64,000 nucleotides of DNA from an uncultured Bacteroidota bacterium (GCA_963793485.1 CAWCAB010000002.1:1061055-1125054), one strand, 5' to 3'; shown: positions 11,567 through 21,717, counted from the first letter of the stretch. Notes: generated by a model from the sequence alone, not told the origin. A program made the numbers and translations.

Positions 11567-12076
11567 TTAAAACTTATTCCTGTGAATCCGCTCTTCTTTA
11601 TAGCGGTCGGGCGAATCTTTCACCTCATCAGGATGGCCAATTGCGATAAGAGCTACAGGCAGAATATGTTCCGGAATTTCCAGTAATTCACTCACTTTTT
11701 GCATACGCTCTTCACGCGGATACATTCCCAGCCACACCGAGCCCAGCCCAAGAGCATGGGCAGCCAGCATAATGTTTTGTGTTGCGGCTGAACAATCCTG
11801 AATAATATAACCATCTGCTTCCTGGATCTTTTTATCTCCGCAAACAAGTATAGCCAGTGTTGCTTGCTTTAGCATCCTGGCATGAGGGTGTGCTACTGAT
11901 AATGCATTGATAATCTCACGCTTGTCAACCACAACAAAATGCCAGGGCTGAAGGTTACGGGCCGTGGGAGCATGCATGCCGGCATTCAGCAGTTCCCTGA
12001 TGAGTTCTTCAGGAACGGCCTGTGGAGTATATTTCCTTATACTTCTCCTTGTGAGGAGTGCTTTAATGGTATCCAT
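11567..12076 (-). CDS. Nitroreductase family protein
   Basis: Start MDTIKALL at 12076; RRSIRKY, APTARNLQPWHF, GLGSVWLG. Confidence 0.93.
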   Translation of the reverse strand: MDTIKALLTRRSIRKYTPQAVPEELIRELLNAGMHAPTARNLQPWHFVVVDKREIINALSVAHPHARMLKQATLAILVCGDKKIQEADGYIIQDCSAATQNIMLAAHALGLGSVWLGMYPREERMQKVSELLEIPEHILPVALIAIGHPDEVKDSPDRYKEERIHRNKF

Positions 12077-12077
12077 A

Positions 12078-12854
12078 TTAATTTTCCTTTCCTTCACAAT
12101 AGTCTTTAATGGCTTTCTCGGCATTATAGTGTCCCAGACCATAGGCCTTATTCCAGTCGAAACAGGCATCATGCAGCATGCCACGGTAAAAATTGGCCAG
12201 GCCGCGGTTATAATAAGCTTCGGCATAATCAGGATTCAGAGCAATGGATCTGTCAAAATCCTCTATTGCGCCGATGTAATCATTGGTCCTCCCTTTTGCT
12301 GTTCCCCTGTTATAGTACGCTATTGGATCATCGGGTTTCAGTTCGACTACACGGCTGTAATCGTACAGGCAATTTTTATAATCTCCCATCATATAATAAA
12401 CCCTTCCTCGATACTGGTACGAAAGTGAATCCCTGGGAGAGATACTAATGGCTTTGGAAAAAGACTTTATTGCCTCACCAAATTTTTCCAATTTGAAGTA
12501 TCCAACACCAAGATTGTAATATGCCCTGCCATCATTGGGTTCTTTTTCCGTGATTTGCTTGAAAAGATCGATCCCGACAGGGAAATTTCCCTGGTCATAG
12601 GCAGAGGTTGCCTGACGGAATAATTGAGATACCTCCTGGCTGCTGTATCCATCGTTTTTTACTTCACCTTCTTCCATCTCAAGCTTTTCGGGTTCCAGCT
12701 CCATGGCTCCTGCATCCAGCTTGGCCAGCGAATCAGCATCGGGTCTTTGAGTGGTGGTTGTAAGCTTTCCCGGATCAGGGCTGGTATTGGGTTCCTGTTG
12801 ATTGCTACATGAAATCAGGAAGGCAATGGATAGTAAGAAAAGAATTCGTTTCAT
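12078..12854 (-). CDS. Tetratricopeptide repeat lipoprotein
   Basis: Lipobox LISC; several AYYNRG/AYYNLG TPR repeats. Confidence 0.9.
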   Translation of the reverse strand: MKRILFLLSIAFLISCSNQQEPNTSPDPGKLTTTTQRPDADSLAKLDAGAMELEPEKLEMEEGEVKNDGYSSQEVSQLFRQATSAYDQGNFPVGIDLFKQITEKEPNDGRAYYNLGVGYFKLEKFGEAIKSFSKAISISPRDSLSYQYRGRVYYMMGDYKNCLYDYSRVVELKPDDPIAYYNRGTAKGRTNDYIGAIEDFDRSIALNPDYAEAYYNRGLANFYRGMLHDACFDWNKAYGLGHYNAEKAIKDYCEGKEN

Positions 12855-12994
12855 TGTTATATCATTCATTAGTGGCATCTGCCTGTTCTTATTAAGGTGC
12901 AAAAGTATTAAAAATAGGGTAAAGTCATTCACAAAACCTGCCTATCCCTGCTAGGATGTACGGGATTTGTACTATTCTCAATAAGGCTTTTTAC

Positions 12995-13465
12995 TTATTC
13001 ATTGGTATATGCTTTGCCTGCTGTCATCAGGTGGAGTTCCATTTCTTCCAGCAAGATGTCCACATCCCTGGACTTGTCCGGATCGATCGCATAAGCTGCT
13101 CTAACCTGAGGAATGCTTCTTATTTTAGTAATAATACCATCAATAAGTGCCTGTTCGAGTGGGTTTCCGGCCATCAGGAAGTAATCTACCTGGCGGAGGG
13201 AAGGAACCAGTTTCCCCTGGGGGTGATGGTTCTGGACAAGACAAAACTGGTTTTTAAGATCAGCATCTTCATACATCAGGAAGGGGTATCTTAAAGTGTT
13301 TTTGTCATGCCCAGGAATCTCAAAGTCATTGACTCGCCTGAATGAAAGCCCCAGTGAGGTGTCCATGGCAAAAGATAAGCGGTATGATTTCAGATGGCAG
13401 GAAATCCCGATCAGGCTTATATCGCTGCCTGACACTATTTTAAGGATTTGTTTTCGCTTTGCCAT
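12995..13465 (-). CDS. IPExxxVDY family protein
   Basis: LIGISC...YRL and LVPSLRQVDYFL; usual position downstream of rnc in Bacteroidota. Confidence 0.8.
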   Translation of the reverse strand: MAKRKQILKIVSGSDISLIGISCHLKSYRLSFAMDTSLGLSFRRVNDFEIPGHDKNTLRYPFLMYEDADLKNQFCLVQNHHPQGKLVPSLRQVDYFLMAGNPLEQALIDGIITKIRSIPQVRAAYAIDPDKSRDVDILLEEMELHLMTAGKAYTNE

Positions 13466-13675
13466 CTGTTTTGTTTATGGCAAATAAAATTAGGTATTAA
13501 TTTACAATTCAATGCTCAGTATGTACAATTTGTAATGTCATCAAATTACAGGTGTAGAATTGCAAGTTGCTAGTTGTCGTTTTAATTGTAAATTAAAACT
13601 TGTCACAAAGGCACGGAGGTACCATTTACACTAAGACAACTGCATAAGTTTGGAAATTCTTAAATTTTGCAGGAA

Positions 13676-14392
13676 TTATTCAGGGATCAACGCATTGCAG
13701 GCCTTTTCTGCTGCAATTTTTTCCGCCCCCTTGATAGAGAAATCAATACCGCGGCTGATGGCTTCGTCATCCACATATATCTCAACCTCATATTGGTGGT
13801 TGTTATTATCGTCTTTTTCGCTGATCACCCGGAAGTCGACTTCTTTTTTCTCTTTTTGCGACCATTCGATCAGCTTGCTTTTAAAGTTTGTATCGAGATG
13901 TTCCAGTGTATCAATGTCGATATGGATATTCACAATACGTTTGATGATGATCTTGTAGGTATAATTATAGCCCTTATCGAGGTACAAGGCGCCGATGAAT
14001 GCTTCAAAAGCATCACCCCGCATCGACTTTGCTGAGCTTTTAGTGTCGGCGCTGGATTCTATCAGTCGGTCGATGCCTAATTTCCTGCCCAGTTTGTCGA
14101 GATTGGAACGGCAAACGATTTTCGACCGCATTTCTGTTAAAAACCCTTCTCCTTTGTACGGAAATTTCTTGAAAAGATAATCTGCAATCACAGATCCGAG
14201 AACGGCATCACCCAGGTATTCCAGGCGCTCATTGTTGATCTTGATACCATTCACATCCTGGTTGACAGATTTATGCCTGAAGGCAAGCCTGAATAAATGA
14301 AGGTTTCCCGGTTTAAAACCAAAAATATTCTTGATAGACCTATGAAGGTCTTTGCCAGATGATTTTGATAAAGATGATTTGAGAAAGCTCAA
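13676..14392 (-). CDS. rnc: Ribonuclease III
   Basis: NERLEYLGDAVLG, DAFEAFIGALYLD, C-terminal dsRBD (NFKSKLIEW). Confidence 0.97.
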   Translation of the reverse strand: MSFLKSSLSKSSGKDLHRSIKNIFGFKPGNLHLFRLAFRHKSVNQDVNGIKINNERLEYLGDAVLGSVIADYLFKKFPYKGEGFLTEMRSKIVCRSNLDKLGRKLGIDRLIESSADTKSSAKSMRGDAFEAFIGALYLDKGYNYTYKIIIKRIVNIHIDIDTLEHLDTNFKSKLIEWSQKEKKEVDFRVISEKDDNNNHQYEVEIYVDDEAISRGIDFSIKGAEKIAAEKACNALIPE

Positions 14393-14400
14393 AATACTAT

Positions 14401-15657
14401 TTACTTCGCGAACTTCTTAAAGATCAATGAAACATTGTGTCCGCCAAATCCGAATGTGTTTGTCAGTGCTGCATTGACAGTTCTTTCCACAGCTTTGTGA
14501 AAGGTGAAGTTCAGTTTGTTATCAATGTCCGGGTCATCAGTAAAGTGGTTGATGGTGGGCGGGATCTTATCATTTTGTACTGCCAGGATGGTAGCGATAG
14601 CTTCAATAGCACCGGCTGCACCAAGCAAGTGTCCTGTCATTGATTTTGTTGAGTTGATATTGATCTTGTATGCATGCTCTCCGAAGCTTTTTTTGATGGC
14701 AAGTGGTTCAGAGATATCTCCCAATGGGGTAGAGGTTCCATGGGTATTGATATGATCAATATCTTCCGGTTTGAGGTATGCATCTTCAAGGGCGGCGACC
14801 ATCGACAGGCTGGCTCCCAATCCTTCCGGATGTGGTGAGGTCATGTGATGTGCATCTGCCGAAAGGCCTGCTCCAACTACTTCAGCATAGATTTTGGCCC
14901 CTCTCTTGATGGCGTGTTCATATTCTTCGAGAAAGATAGCACAGCCACCTTCACCAAGTACAAAGCCATCACGGTCTTTATCGAACGGACGTGAGGCTGT
15001 TTGAGGGTCATCATTCCTTGTTGAGATGGCATGCATGGCATTAAAACCACCAACACCACCTGCGGTAATAGAAGCCTCGGATCCTCCGCAAACAAAAGCA
15101 TCAGCTTTTCCGAGACGAATGTAATTAAATGCATCTGCGAGTGCATTTGCAGACGATGCACAGGCTGAAACAGTAGCGAAGTTAGGTCCCCTGAAGCCAT
15201 GTTTGATGGAGATATGCCCGGCAGCGATATCAGCGATCATCTTTGGAATGAAAAAAGGATTAAAACGCGGAATCCCGTTTCCAAGGGCCCATCCTTTTAC
15301 CTCATCCTCAAAAGTTTTGATCCCTCCAATGCCGGAGGCCCATATCACACCAACCCTGTTCCTGTCAATACTACCTTCATGATTCAATCCGGCATCTTGA
15401 ACAGCCTGATCAGAAGCGACAAGGCCAAATTGTGCATAAAGGTCATATTTCCTGGCTTCTTTCCTGTCGAAATAATCTAAAGGATCAAAACCCTTGACCT
15501 CATGCGCAAATTTAGTCTTAAACTCACTGGCGTCAAAGCGGGTGATGTCGTTAGCACCGCTGACCCCATTAAGCAATCCTTGCCAGTAGTCTTCTACTGT
15601 GTTGCCCAATGGGGTCAGTGCGCCTAAACCTGTTACAACTACTCTTTTAAGATCCAT
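14401..15657 (-). CDS. fabF: Beta-ketoacyl-ACP synthase II
   Basis: RVVVTGLG, SACAS, HGTST, KSMTGHLLGAAG, FGFGGHN. Confidence 0.97.
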   Translation of the reverse strand: MDLKRVVVTGLGALTPLGNTVEDYWQGLLNGVSGANDITRFDASEFKTKFAHEVKGFDPLDYFDRKEARKYDLYAQFGLVASDQAVQDAGLNHEGSIDRNRVGVIWASGIGGIKTFEDEVKGWALGNGIPRFNPFFIPKMIADIAAGHISIKHGFRGPNFATVSACASSANALADAFNYIRLGKADAFVCGGSEASITAGGVGGFNAMHAISTRNDDPQTASRPFDKDRDGFVLGEGGCAIFLEEYEHAIKRGAKIYAEVVGAGLSADAHHMTSPHPEGLGASLSMVAALEDAYLKPEDIDHINTHGTSTPLGDISEPLAIKKSFGEHAYKININSTKSMTGHLLGAAGAIEAIATILAVQNDKIPPTINHFTDDPDIDNKLNFTFHKAVERTVNAALTNTFGFGGHNVSLIFKKFAK

Positions 15658-15675
15658 GCAGCAGGATATAAATGC

Positions 15676-15912
15676 TTACTTAGCGTTATCTTCGATATAC
15701 TTGATAGCTTCTCCCACAGAACCGATCTTTTCTGCCTGATCGTCTGGAATAGCAATGTTGAATTCTTTTTCAAATTCCATGATTAATTCAACGGTATCGA
15801 GAGAATCAGCTCCTAGATCATTGGTGAAGCTAGCTTCAATAGTCACTTCATTTTCGTCAACTCCGAGTTTGTCAACGATGATAGATTTTACTCTGGTTGC
15901 AATGTCAGACAT
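15676..15912 (-). CDS. acpP: Acyl carrier protein
   Basis: [20 protein letters not shown]; start MSDIA at 15912. Confidence 0.97.
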   Translation of the reverse strand: MSDIATRVKSIIVDKLGVDENEVTIEASFTNDLGADSLDTVELIMEFEKEFNIAIPDDQAEKIGSVGEAIKYIEDNAK

Positions 15913-16094
15913 ATCTTTAAAATTTTGGTTATACAAGGCTGCAAAGAAACTAATTTTCATGGCAAAAACCAAGCGAAATAAAATAATTTTGACATTTTAA
16001 ACTTATAATCAACACATTACCAAATGCTTACGGAGTAGTCTCATTTCAAGGCAATTTGGCCTTTGTTTCCGGGCAGAAAATGTAACTTTGAGAT

Positions 16095-16670
16095 ATGAAA
16101 CGCATTGCCATTTTTGCCTCCGGGAGTGGAACAAACGCCCAAAAGATCATCGAACATTTTACTGAAAATGAAAATATTGAGGTAAGCCTGGTGCTGACCA
16201 ATAAGGAAGATGCCCATGTGATACAGCGCGCTTCAGACCTTGGAATACCAGCATATGTATTTGATCGTCAGATGTTTTATGAGAGCGATCAGGTTCATGA
16301 CATACTGATGGCTATAGGGATTGACTTTATTGTCCTGGCAGGATTCCTCTGGCTCGTTCCTAAGAATATCCTTGCAGGCTGGGCTGGCAGGATAGTGAAT
16401 ATCCATCCGGCATTATTGCCAAAATTCGGGGGAAAAGGCATGTATGGCGACAGGGTACACCGGGCGGTGATAGAAGCAGGCGAAAAAGAAACCGGTATCA
16501 GCATTCATTATGTGAACGAAGTTTATGATGAAGGGGAAATTATTTTCCAGGAAAAATTCAATATCCTGCTGGATGATACACCTGAAACCATTGCCGAGCG
16601 AATACATGTGCTGGAACATAAGCACTTTCCGGTAGTGATTGAGGAACTTGTTAGCGCATTGAAGGTCTGA
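16095..16670 (+). CDS. purN: Phosphoribosylglycinamide formyltransferase
   Basis: IFASGSGTN, LAGF, NIHPALLP, YDEGEII; TAACTTTG -7 box at 16083. Confidence 0.96.
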   Translation: MKRIAIFASGSGTNAQKIIEHFTENENIEVSLVLTNKEDAHVIQRASDLGIPAYVFDRQMFYESDQVHDILMAIGIDFIVLAGFLWLVPKNILAGWAGRIVNIHPALLPKFGGKGMYGDRVHRAVIEAGEKETGISIHYVNEVYDEGEIIFQEKFNILLDDTPETIAERIHVLEHKHFPVVIEELVSALKV

Positions 16671-16752
16671 TTGCTGGTAGCTGTTGGCTGCTTCGTTACT
16701 CCTTATTCGATTTTCGTTACTCGATATTCGTTACTCGTTCCTCGTTCCTCTC
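16671..16752. repeat. Heptamer tract (TTGCTGG, GTTACTC, GTTCCTC) between convergent genes
   Basis: Read directly from sequence. Confidence 0.75.
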
Positions 16753-17304
16753 CTAGTATTTATTGTAAGAAACCACCTTCGAAACATCTTTCCTGATCTT
16801 CTCCCTCTGCTTATATCCTTCCGGTTCATAACCTACACTAACCAGCAGGCCGATCCTCCTGTTTTTGGGGATATCGAGAAGTTTCTGGATGGGCTTTTCA
16901 TTGAACCAGCCCAGCATGCAGGTGCCAAGGCCTTCTTCGGTAGCCTGTAAACAAAAGTGCTCGGCAGCAATACCAATATCTATCAGGGGATACTCTTTAT
17001 TCTTAATGATGCCACCAACGGTAGGAACCAGGGGCGACTTTTCAATGGTGATCACAAGGATCAGGGGCGCCTGTTCAACGAATTTATTGAATGCTACCAG
17101 CTTATTCCAGGTTTCTTTAGCCACCTTTGTTACAAGATCAGGCTCATCTACTACAATGAATTTCCAGGGCTGTGCATTGCAAGCCGAAGGGGCTATCATT
17201 GCGGCCTGAAGGCATCGTTCAAGTTTGTCTTTTTCTACCGGTTTATCTGTGTACCTGCGAACACTTTGCCTGCCATTGATCAGGTCAATGAAATTTTTAC
17301 TCAT
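16753..17304 (-). CDS. Nitroreductase family protein
   Basis: RQSVRRY, APSACNAQPWKF, GLGTCMLG. Confidence 0.93.
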   Translation of the reverse strand: MSKNFIDLINGRQSVRRYTDKPVEKDKLERCLQAAMIAPSACNAQPWKFIVVDEPDLVTKVAKETWNKLVAFNKFVEQAPLILVITIEKSPLVPTVGGIIKNKEYPLIDIGIAAEHFCLQATEEGLGTCMLGWFNEKPIQKLLDIPKNRRIGLLVSVGYEPEGYKQREKIRKDVSKVVSYNKY

Positions 17305-17764
17305 GTTTTTTCATGTTAAAGGTCTGTGAATCGCCATCAGTCTTGCCGGAAATGACTACTACCAATGAGTCTCCTCTAAAATCGTATCGGATCTTAGTTG
17401 GATAATCATGCTCGCGGTTTTCAAAGATCAAAAGAGAATTATCCGAATCAGTCAGGGTGTAAATAATCATTTCACCATTATTTTGATCCAGAACTGTGGC
17501 ACCATAGTACATATGATTATTACTTATGAATATGGATAATTCTTCCATGACCCTCAATTCACCGTCCTTACTGACCCAGCCTTTTCCCTTCATAAGGGTA
17601 TCATTTAGCTGTATCCATTCTTCACCCGCGTACCCATTTTTAGTGCCGGTTTCCCATTTGCCTTGCATCAAAGTCAGCCAGACTGGAAATTCTAACTTCG
17701 GTGAAGTGCATGATGAAATAATGATTACTGAGAGTATTATGAAAAGTTGCCAGGATCTATTCAT
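17297..17764 (-). CDS. DUF6265-like lipoprotein
   Basis: Start overlaps pgi stop; lipobox ISSC; GKW, EEW, FENREHDYPTKIRY. Confidence 0.75.
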   Translation of the reverse strand: MNRSWQLFIILSVIIISSCTSPKLEFPVWLTLMQGKWETGTKNGYAGEEWIQLNDTLMKGKGWVSKDGELRVMEELSIFISNNHMYYGATVLDQNNGEMIIYTLTDSDNSLLIFENREHDYPTKIRYDFRGDSLVVVISGKTDGDSQTFNMKKHE

Positions 17765-19106
17765 GCTTGATGCGCTTTTTAATGGCTTTGCTTTCTTCCT
17801 CATATCCGGGTTTCCCCAGCAGGGCGAACATATTTTTTTTATAATCCTCCACTCCGGGTTGATCAAATGGGTTCACACCAAGTATATAGCCACTTACTGC
17901 GCAGGCCATTTCATAGAAATAGATCAACTGCCCCAGGTAGTATTCGTTCACCTCCGGTATGCTGATCCTGATATTGGGAACACCGCCATCTACATGGGCG
18001 ATCAGGGTACCCAGTTCAGCCATCTTGTTTACCTGGTCGAACTTCCGCCCCGCGAGGTAATTTAACTTATCGGCATTGACTTCATCTTTCGGAACAAGCA
18101 AGGTCTTCTTGGTTTTTTCTACAGATATTACAGTTTCAAAGATGTTTCTCAGCCCATCCTGAATGTACTGTCCCATGGAGTGAAGGTCGGTAGTGAATCC
18201 TACCCCTGCCGGGAAGATCCCTTTATTTTCCTTGCCTTCACTTTCACCATACAACTGCTTCCACCATTCAGTCATGTAATAGAGGTTGGGGAGGTAGCTC
18301 ACCATGATCTCTGTGGTTTTTCCCTTTCTGTACAATGCATTCCGCGCCGCGGCATAGAGCATCACAGGGTTGGAATCCATATTGTCGTCACTCAACACCA
18401 GCTTCCTCATATCCACAGCACCCCTGACCAGTTTCTTGATGTTGAAACCAGCAGCAGCAATGGGCAGCAATCCCACCGGTGTTAAAACAGAATATCGTCC
18501 GCCTACATCATCAGGCACTACGTAAGTATCATAGCCTTCCTTGTCAGCTACTTCTTTGAGTGCGCCTTTTTCCTTATCTGTGATCGCGATTATCCTTGAT
18601 GGGGCTTCGTCTTTTCCATATTTCTCTTCCAGGTGATTTTTTAACACCCTGAAGGCAATGGCAGGCTCAGTGGTGGTCCCCGATTTGGAAATGACTACGA
18701 CGGAATAATTTTTCTGATCGAGCACCTCTAAAAGTTCTGTGAGGTAATCTTCACCAATATTTTGCCCGGCATAGAGTACCAATGGTGACCTCCCGGGTAG
18801 CAATGCCGCAAACTGATGATTCAAGGCATCGATCACAGCCCTTGCACCCAGGTATGAGCCGCCAATGCCTGTAACTACAATGATCTCAGAAAAACCGGCA
18901 AGTTTTTTTGCACTTTCCTGTATGGAATTCAAAAAACCCTCATCCAGCTGGGTTGGAAGATCGACCCATCCCAGGAAATCATTTCCTTTTCCTGTTTTAT
19001 CTTTTAGTGATTGAATATGCTGTTTGATCTCATTGCTGAAGGCAAACACTTCTTCTTTGGAAACAAAGCCCTTGAGGTGATCTATGTTTACGGTGATGTT
19101 CTTCAT
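17757..19106 (-). CDS. pgi: Glucose-6-phosphate isomerase
   Basis: GIGGSYLG, SKSGTTTE, VGGRYSV, QLYGESEGK, NPFDQPGVE. Confidence 0.97.
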   Translation of the reverse strand: MKNITVNIDHLKGFVSKEEVFAFSNEIKQHIQSLKDKTGKGNDFLGWVDLPTQLDEGFLNSIQESAKKLAGFSEIIVVTGIGGSYLGARAVIDALNHQFAALLPGRSPLVLYAGQNIGEDYLTELLEVLDQKNYSVVVISKSGTTTEPAIAFRVLKNHLEEKYGKDEAPSRIIAITDKEKGALKEVADKEGYDTYVVPDDVGGRYSVLTPVGLLPIAAAGFNIKKLVRGAVDMRKLVLSDDNMDSNPVMLYAAARNALYRKGKTTEIMVSYLPNLYYMTEWWKQLYGESEGKENKGIFPAGVGFTTDLHSMGQYIQDGLRNIFETVISVEKTKKTLLVPKDEVNADKLNYLAGRKFDQVNKMAELGTLIAHVDGGVPNIRISIPEVNEYYLGQLIYFYEMACAVSGYILGVNPFDQPGVEDYKKNMFALLGKPGYEEESKAIKKRIKHE

Positions 19107-19338
19107 GATCTTATTAGTTTGATTGCTGCGAAATTACAATAAAGCTGAGTATTGATGATTAATTGATTGTTAATTATTTCCCCTGGCGCAGTCAGGAGAG
19201 GACCGAAGAACAAAGACCGAAAAACAGAACAGCGAAAGCTATATTTCAGATAAGGACATAAACAAATAAATAGGGGAGAGGAGAGTAACTTTATTTTGAA
19301 AAAGAAAAAGCACTTAAGAAATAAGCTGAAGGGCAAAT

Positions 19339-19419
19339 GATTTAATCAGTTCAACTAGCAAAACTAGGTCAACCGATTCAACTGATTTAACCAGCTCAAC
19401 TAATTTAACTGATTCAACA
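19339..19419. repeat. Nine degenerate 9-mer tandem repeats (around GATTCAACT) within a wider 7/8-mer mosaic at 19200-19500
   Basis: GATTTAATC AGTTCAACT AGCAAAACT AGGTCAACC GATTCAACT GATTTAACC AGCTCAACT AATTTAACT GATTCAACA. Confidence 0.85.
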
Positions 19420-19519
19420 GAATGCAGAAGGAGAAGGCGAATGGCGAAAGAGCAAGGAGATATTTGAAAGTAGATTGTAAAAGGCGATAGAAGATAGAAG
19501 AACTGTGCCCGGGGGGCAC

Positions 19520-19555
19520 AAAAAAACAGCGCGGCTTTACCGGACCGCGCTGTTT
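19520..19555 (-). terminator. Intrinsic terminator of candidate sRNA
   Basis: Minus strand AAACAGCGCGG-TCCGGTAAAG-CCGCGCTG followed by 7 T. Confidence 0.85.
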
Positions 19556-19644
19556 AAACCAAAAACCAAAATCATGAAATAAAAAATTTTTGCACAATGT
19601 TTAACTAACATGAAATATGGTACGTATAAATTGGATTAGCATCC
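19520..19644 (-). ncRNA. Candidate trans-acting sRNA divergent from rprXY
   Basis: TACTTTTG -7 box (19649-19656) and a terminator bracket about 125 nt with no credible ORF; contains two anti-ATGAAA segments. Confidence 0.55.
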
Positions 19645-19678
19645 GAAACAAAAGTACTCCTAATATTATGCCATAGAT

Positions 19679-19713
19679 GTTAACAACTGCTAATGAACGT
19701 TAAAAAAAGTTAA
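19679..19713. promoter_or_regulatory. Four direct repeats G(T/C)TAA at 10-bp spacing, putative OmpR-family (RprY) binding site
   Basis: GTTAA 19679, GCTAA 19689, GTTAA 19699, GTTAA 19709, between divergent -7 boxes (19649-19656 minus; TAAATTTG 19741-19748 plus). Confidence 0.65.
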
Positions 19714-19753
19714 AGCAAATTGATTATCCGCATCATAGCATAAATTTGTCTGA

Positions 19754-21001
19754 GTGAATAGAAAGATAATCATATTCATTATAGGCCTGATGAGCATGGC
19801 CTTACTGGCACTTGTATTCGTGCAGGTTTACTGGATCAACAATGCTATGATGGTTCGGCAGGCTAACTTCGTGAGATCTGTAAATGAAGCAGTAGACGGG
19901 CTTGTGCTCAGGCTTGAAAAGTCAAACCGGGCAAGGATACCTGAAAACCTTGAGCTGATCGAGAACAGGCTCACCTATAATCTTATCGATTCCCTGCTCA
20001 GGGATGAACTCAACAAAAAAAGCATTTCAGCCAAATTCCAGTTCGGAGTATTCAGCACGGATCGGGGCAAGATGGTACTTCAGACAGAAATGAGCAATCC
20101 TGCAATCCTGCTGGAAAAAGCCTATGCCTTCACACTCTTTCCGGGCGATCTCCTGGAGGAACCGGATTATCTGATGCTCTACTTCCCTAACGAAAGAGGA
20201 TTTTTGATTGGCCAGATGGCTGGCCTGCTGGTGATCTCTATCGCACTTATCCTGGTCATCATTTTTTCTTTTACCTATACAGTGCTTACTATCTACAGGC
20301 AAAAGCGTATTTCAGAGATGAAGAATGATTTCATCAACAACATGACCCATGAATTCAAAACCCCGATCTCTACTATATCCCTGGCATGCCAGGCATTGAA
20401 AGATGAGGATGTGGCCAAGACCAATGAGATCTATGATGCTTATATCGGGGTGATCAGTGAAGAAAATGTTCGCCTGGGAGCCATGGCAGAAAAGATACTG
20501 CAATCGGCGGTGCTTGAAAAGAAACAAATAGAGCTGAATAAAGAATGGTTTGATGTTCACAGCGTGATCACCGATGTAGTGAATAAGATCGGCATACAGG
20601 TGCAGATAAAGGATGGAAAGATTGAGACAGACTTTAATGCGGAACCATCGGAGATTTTTGCTGATAAAATACATTTTACCAACCTTATCAATAACCTGCT
20701 CGATAATGCCAATAAATATACACCCCAGAAACCAAGGATACTGGTGAGCACGAAGAACGTCCAGACCGGCATCATGATCTCCATTGAGGATAATGGTATC
20801 GGCATCAGCAAGAAGAATCAGAAGAAAATATTTGAAAAACTATATCGGGTACCCATGGGAGACCTGCACGACTTCAAAGGTTTCGGGTTGGGTTTGAGCT
20901 ATGTGAAGGTGATGCTGGAATACCACAAAGGAAGCATCAGCCTGGAGAGCGAGTTGAAAAAAGGAACAAAATTTGACGTATTTTTACCCTACGAATCATA
21001 A
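19754..21001 (+). CDS. rprX: Sensor histidine kinase (RprX-like)
   Basis: Two TM helices; FINNMTHEFKTP H-box, NLLDNANKY, DNGIGI, GFGLGL; GTG start. Confidence 0.88.
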   Translation: MNRKIIIFIIGLMSMALLALVFVQVYWINNAMMVRQANFVRSVNEAVDGLVLRLEKSNRARIPENLELIENRLTYNLIDSLLRDELNKKSISAKFQFGVFSTDRGKMVLQTEMSNPAILLEKAYAFTLFPGDLLEEPDYLMLYFPNERGFLIGQMAGLLVISIALILVIIFSFTYTVLTIYRQKRISEMKNDFINNMTHEFKTPISTISLACQALKDEDVAKTNEIYDAYIGVISEENVRLGAMAEKILQSAVLEKKQIELNKEWFDVHSVITDVVNKIGIQVQIKDGKIETDFNAEPSEIFADKIHFTNLINNLLDNANKYTPQKPRILVSTKNVQTGIMISIEDNGIGISKKNQKKIFEKLYRVPMGDLHDFKGFGLGLSYVKVMLEYHKGSISLESELKKGTKFDVFLPYES

Positions 21002-21010
21002 TAGAATACT

Positions 21011-21706
21011 ATGGATAATGAAAAAGTAAAGGTACTGCTGGCCGAGGATGACAAGAATCTTGGAACCATTCTCAAATCATACCTTGAAGCCAAGGGCTAT
21101 CCCGCAACACTATGTGTGAATGGGCAGGAGGCTTTTCTTGAATTCAATAAGAATGAGTACGACTTCTGTATAGTAGATGTGATGATGCCCGTTAAGGACG
21201 GTTTCACTCTCGCCAAGGAGATACGCAACATTGACAAGAAAGTGCCTATCCTTTTTCTCACTGCGAAATCCATGCAGGAGGACAAACTGAAAGGCTTCGA
21301 AATCGGTGCCGACGATTATCTGACCAAGCCTTTCAATATGGAAGAACTCCTGGCACGTATGGAAGCCATCCTGCGAAGGAGTTTTACCGAGAATGAGGAG
21401 CCTGAAGGGGATACCTATGAACTAGGCAAGATGGAGTTCAACTTCGTGCGCCAGACCCTGAGCGCGGGCAAGGAGGAGGTTAAACTTACCTCCAAGGAAG
21501 CAGCTCTGCTCAAATTACTATGCCAGAACCTCAATGAGGTTGTCGACCGCTCTGTGGCCCTGAACAAGATCTGGCTCGATGATTCATACTTCAATGCCCG
21601 CAGTATGGATGTGTATATCACCAAACTCAGGAAATATCTGAAAATGGATCCAAGCGTGGAACTGCTAAATGTTCATGGTGTAGGCTTCAAGCTGGTTACC
21701 CGCTAA
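21011..21706 (+). CDS. rprY: OmpR-family response regulator (RprY-like)
   Basis: LLAEDD, DVMMP, GADDYLTKPF, YFNARSMDVYITKLRK. Confidence 0.92.
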   Translation: MDNEKVKVLLAEDDKNLGTILKSYLEAKGYPATLCVNGQEAFLEFNKNEYDFCIVDVMMPVKDGFTLAKEIRNIDKKVPILFLTAKSMQEDKLKGFEIGADDYLTKPFNMEELLARMEAILRRSFTENEEPEGDTYELGKMEFNFVRQTLSAGKEEVKLTSKEAALLKLLCQNLNEVVDRSVALNKIWLDDSYFNARSMDVYITKLRKYLKMDPSVELLNVHGVGFKLVTR

Positions 21707-21717
21707 ACACAATCCTA

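Noticed and set aside
19200-19500. CRISPR array or coding ORFs (19103..19336, 19400..19597)
   Set aside because: Units are 7-9 nt with no unique spacers and no cas genes; the ORFs are low-complexity translations of repeats.
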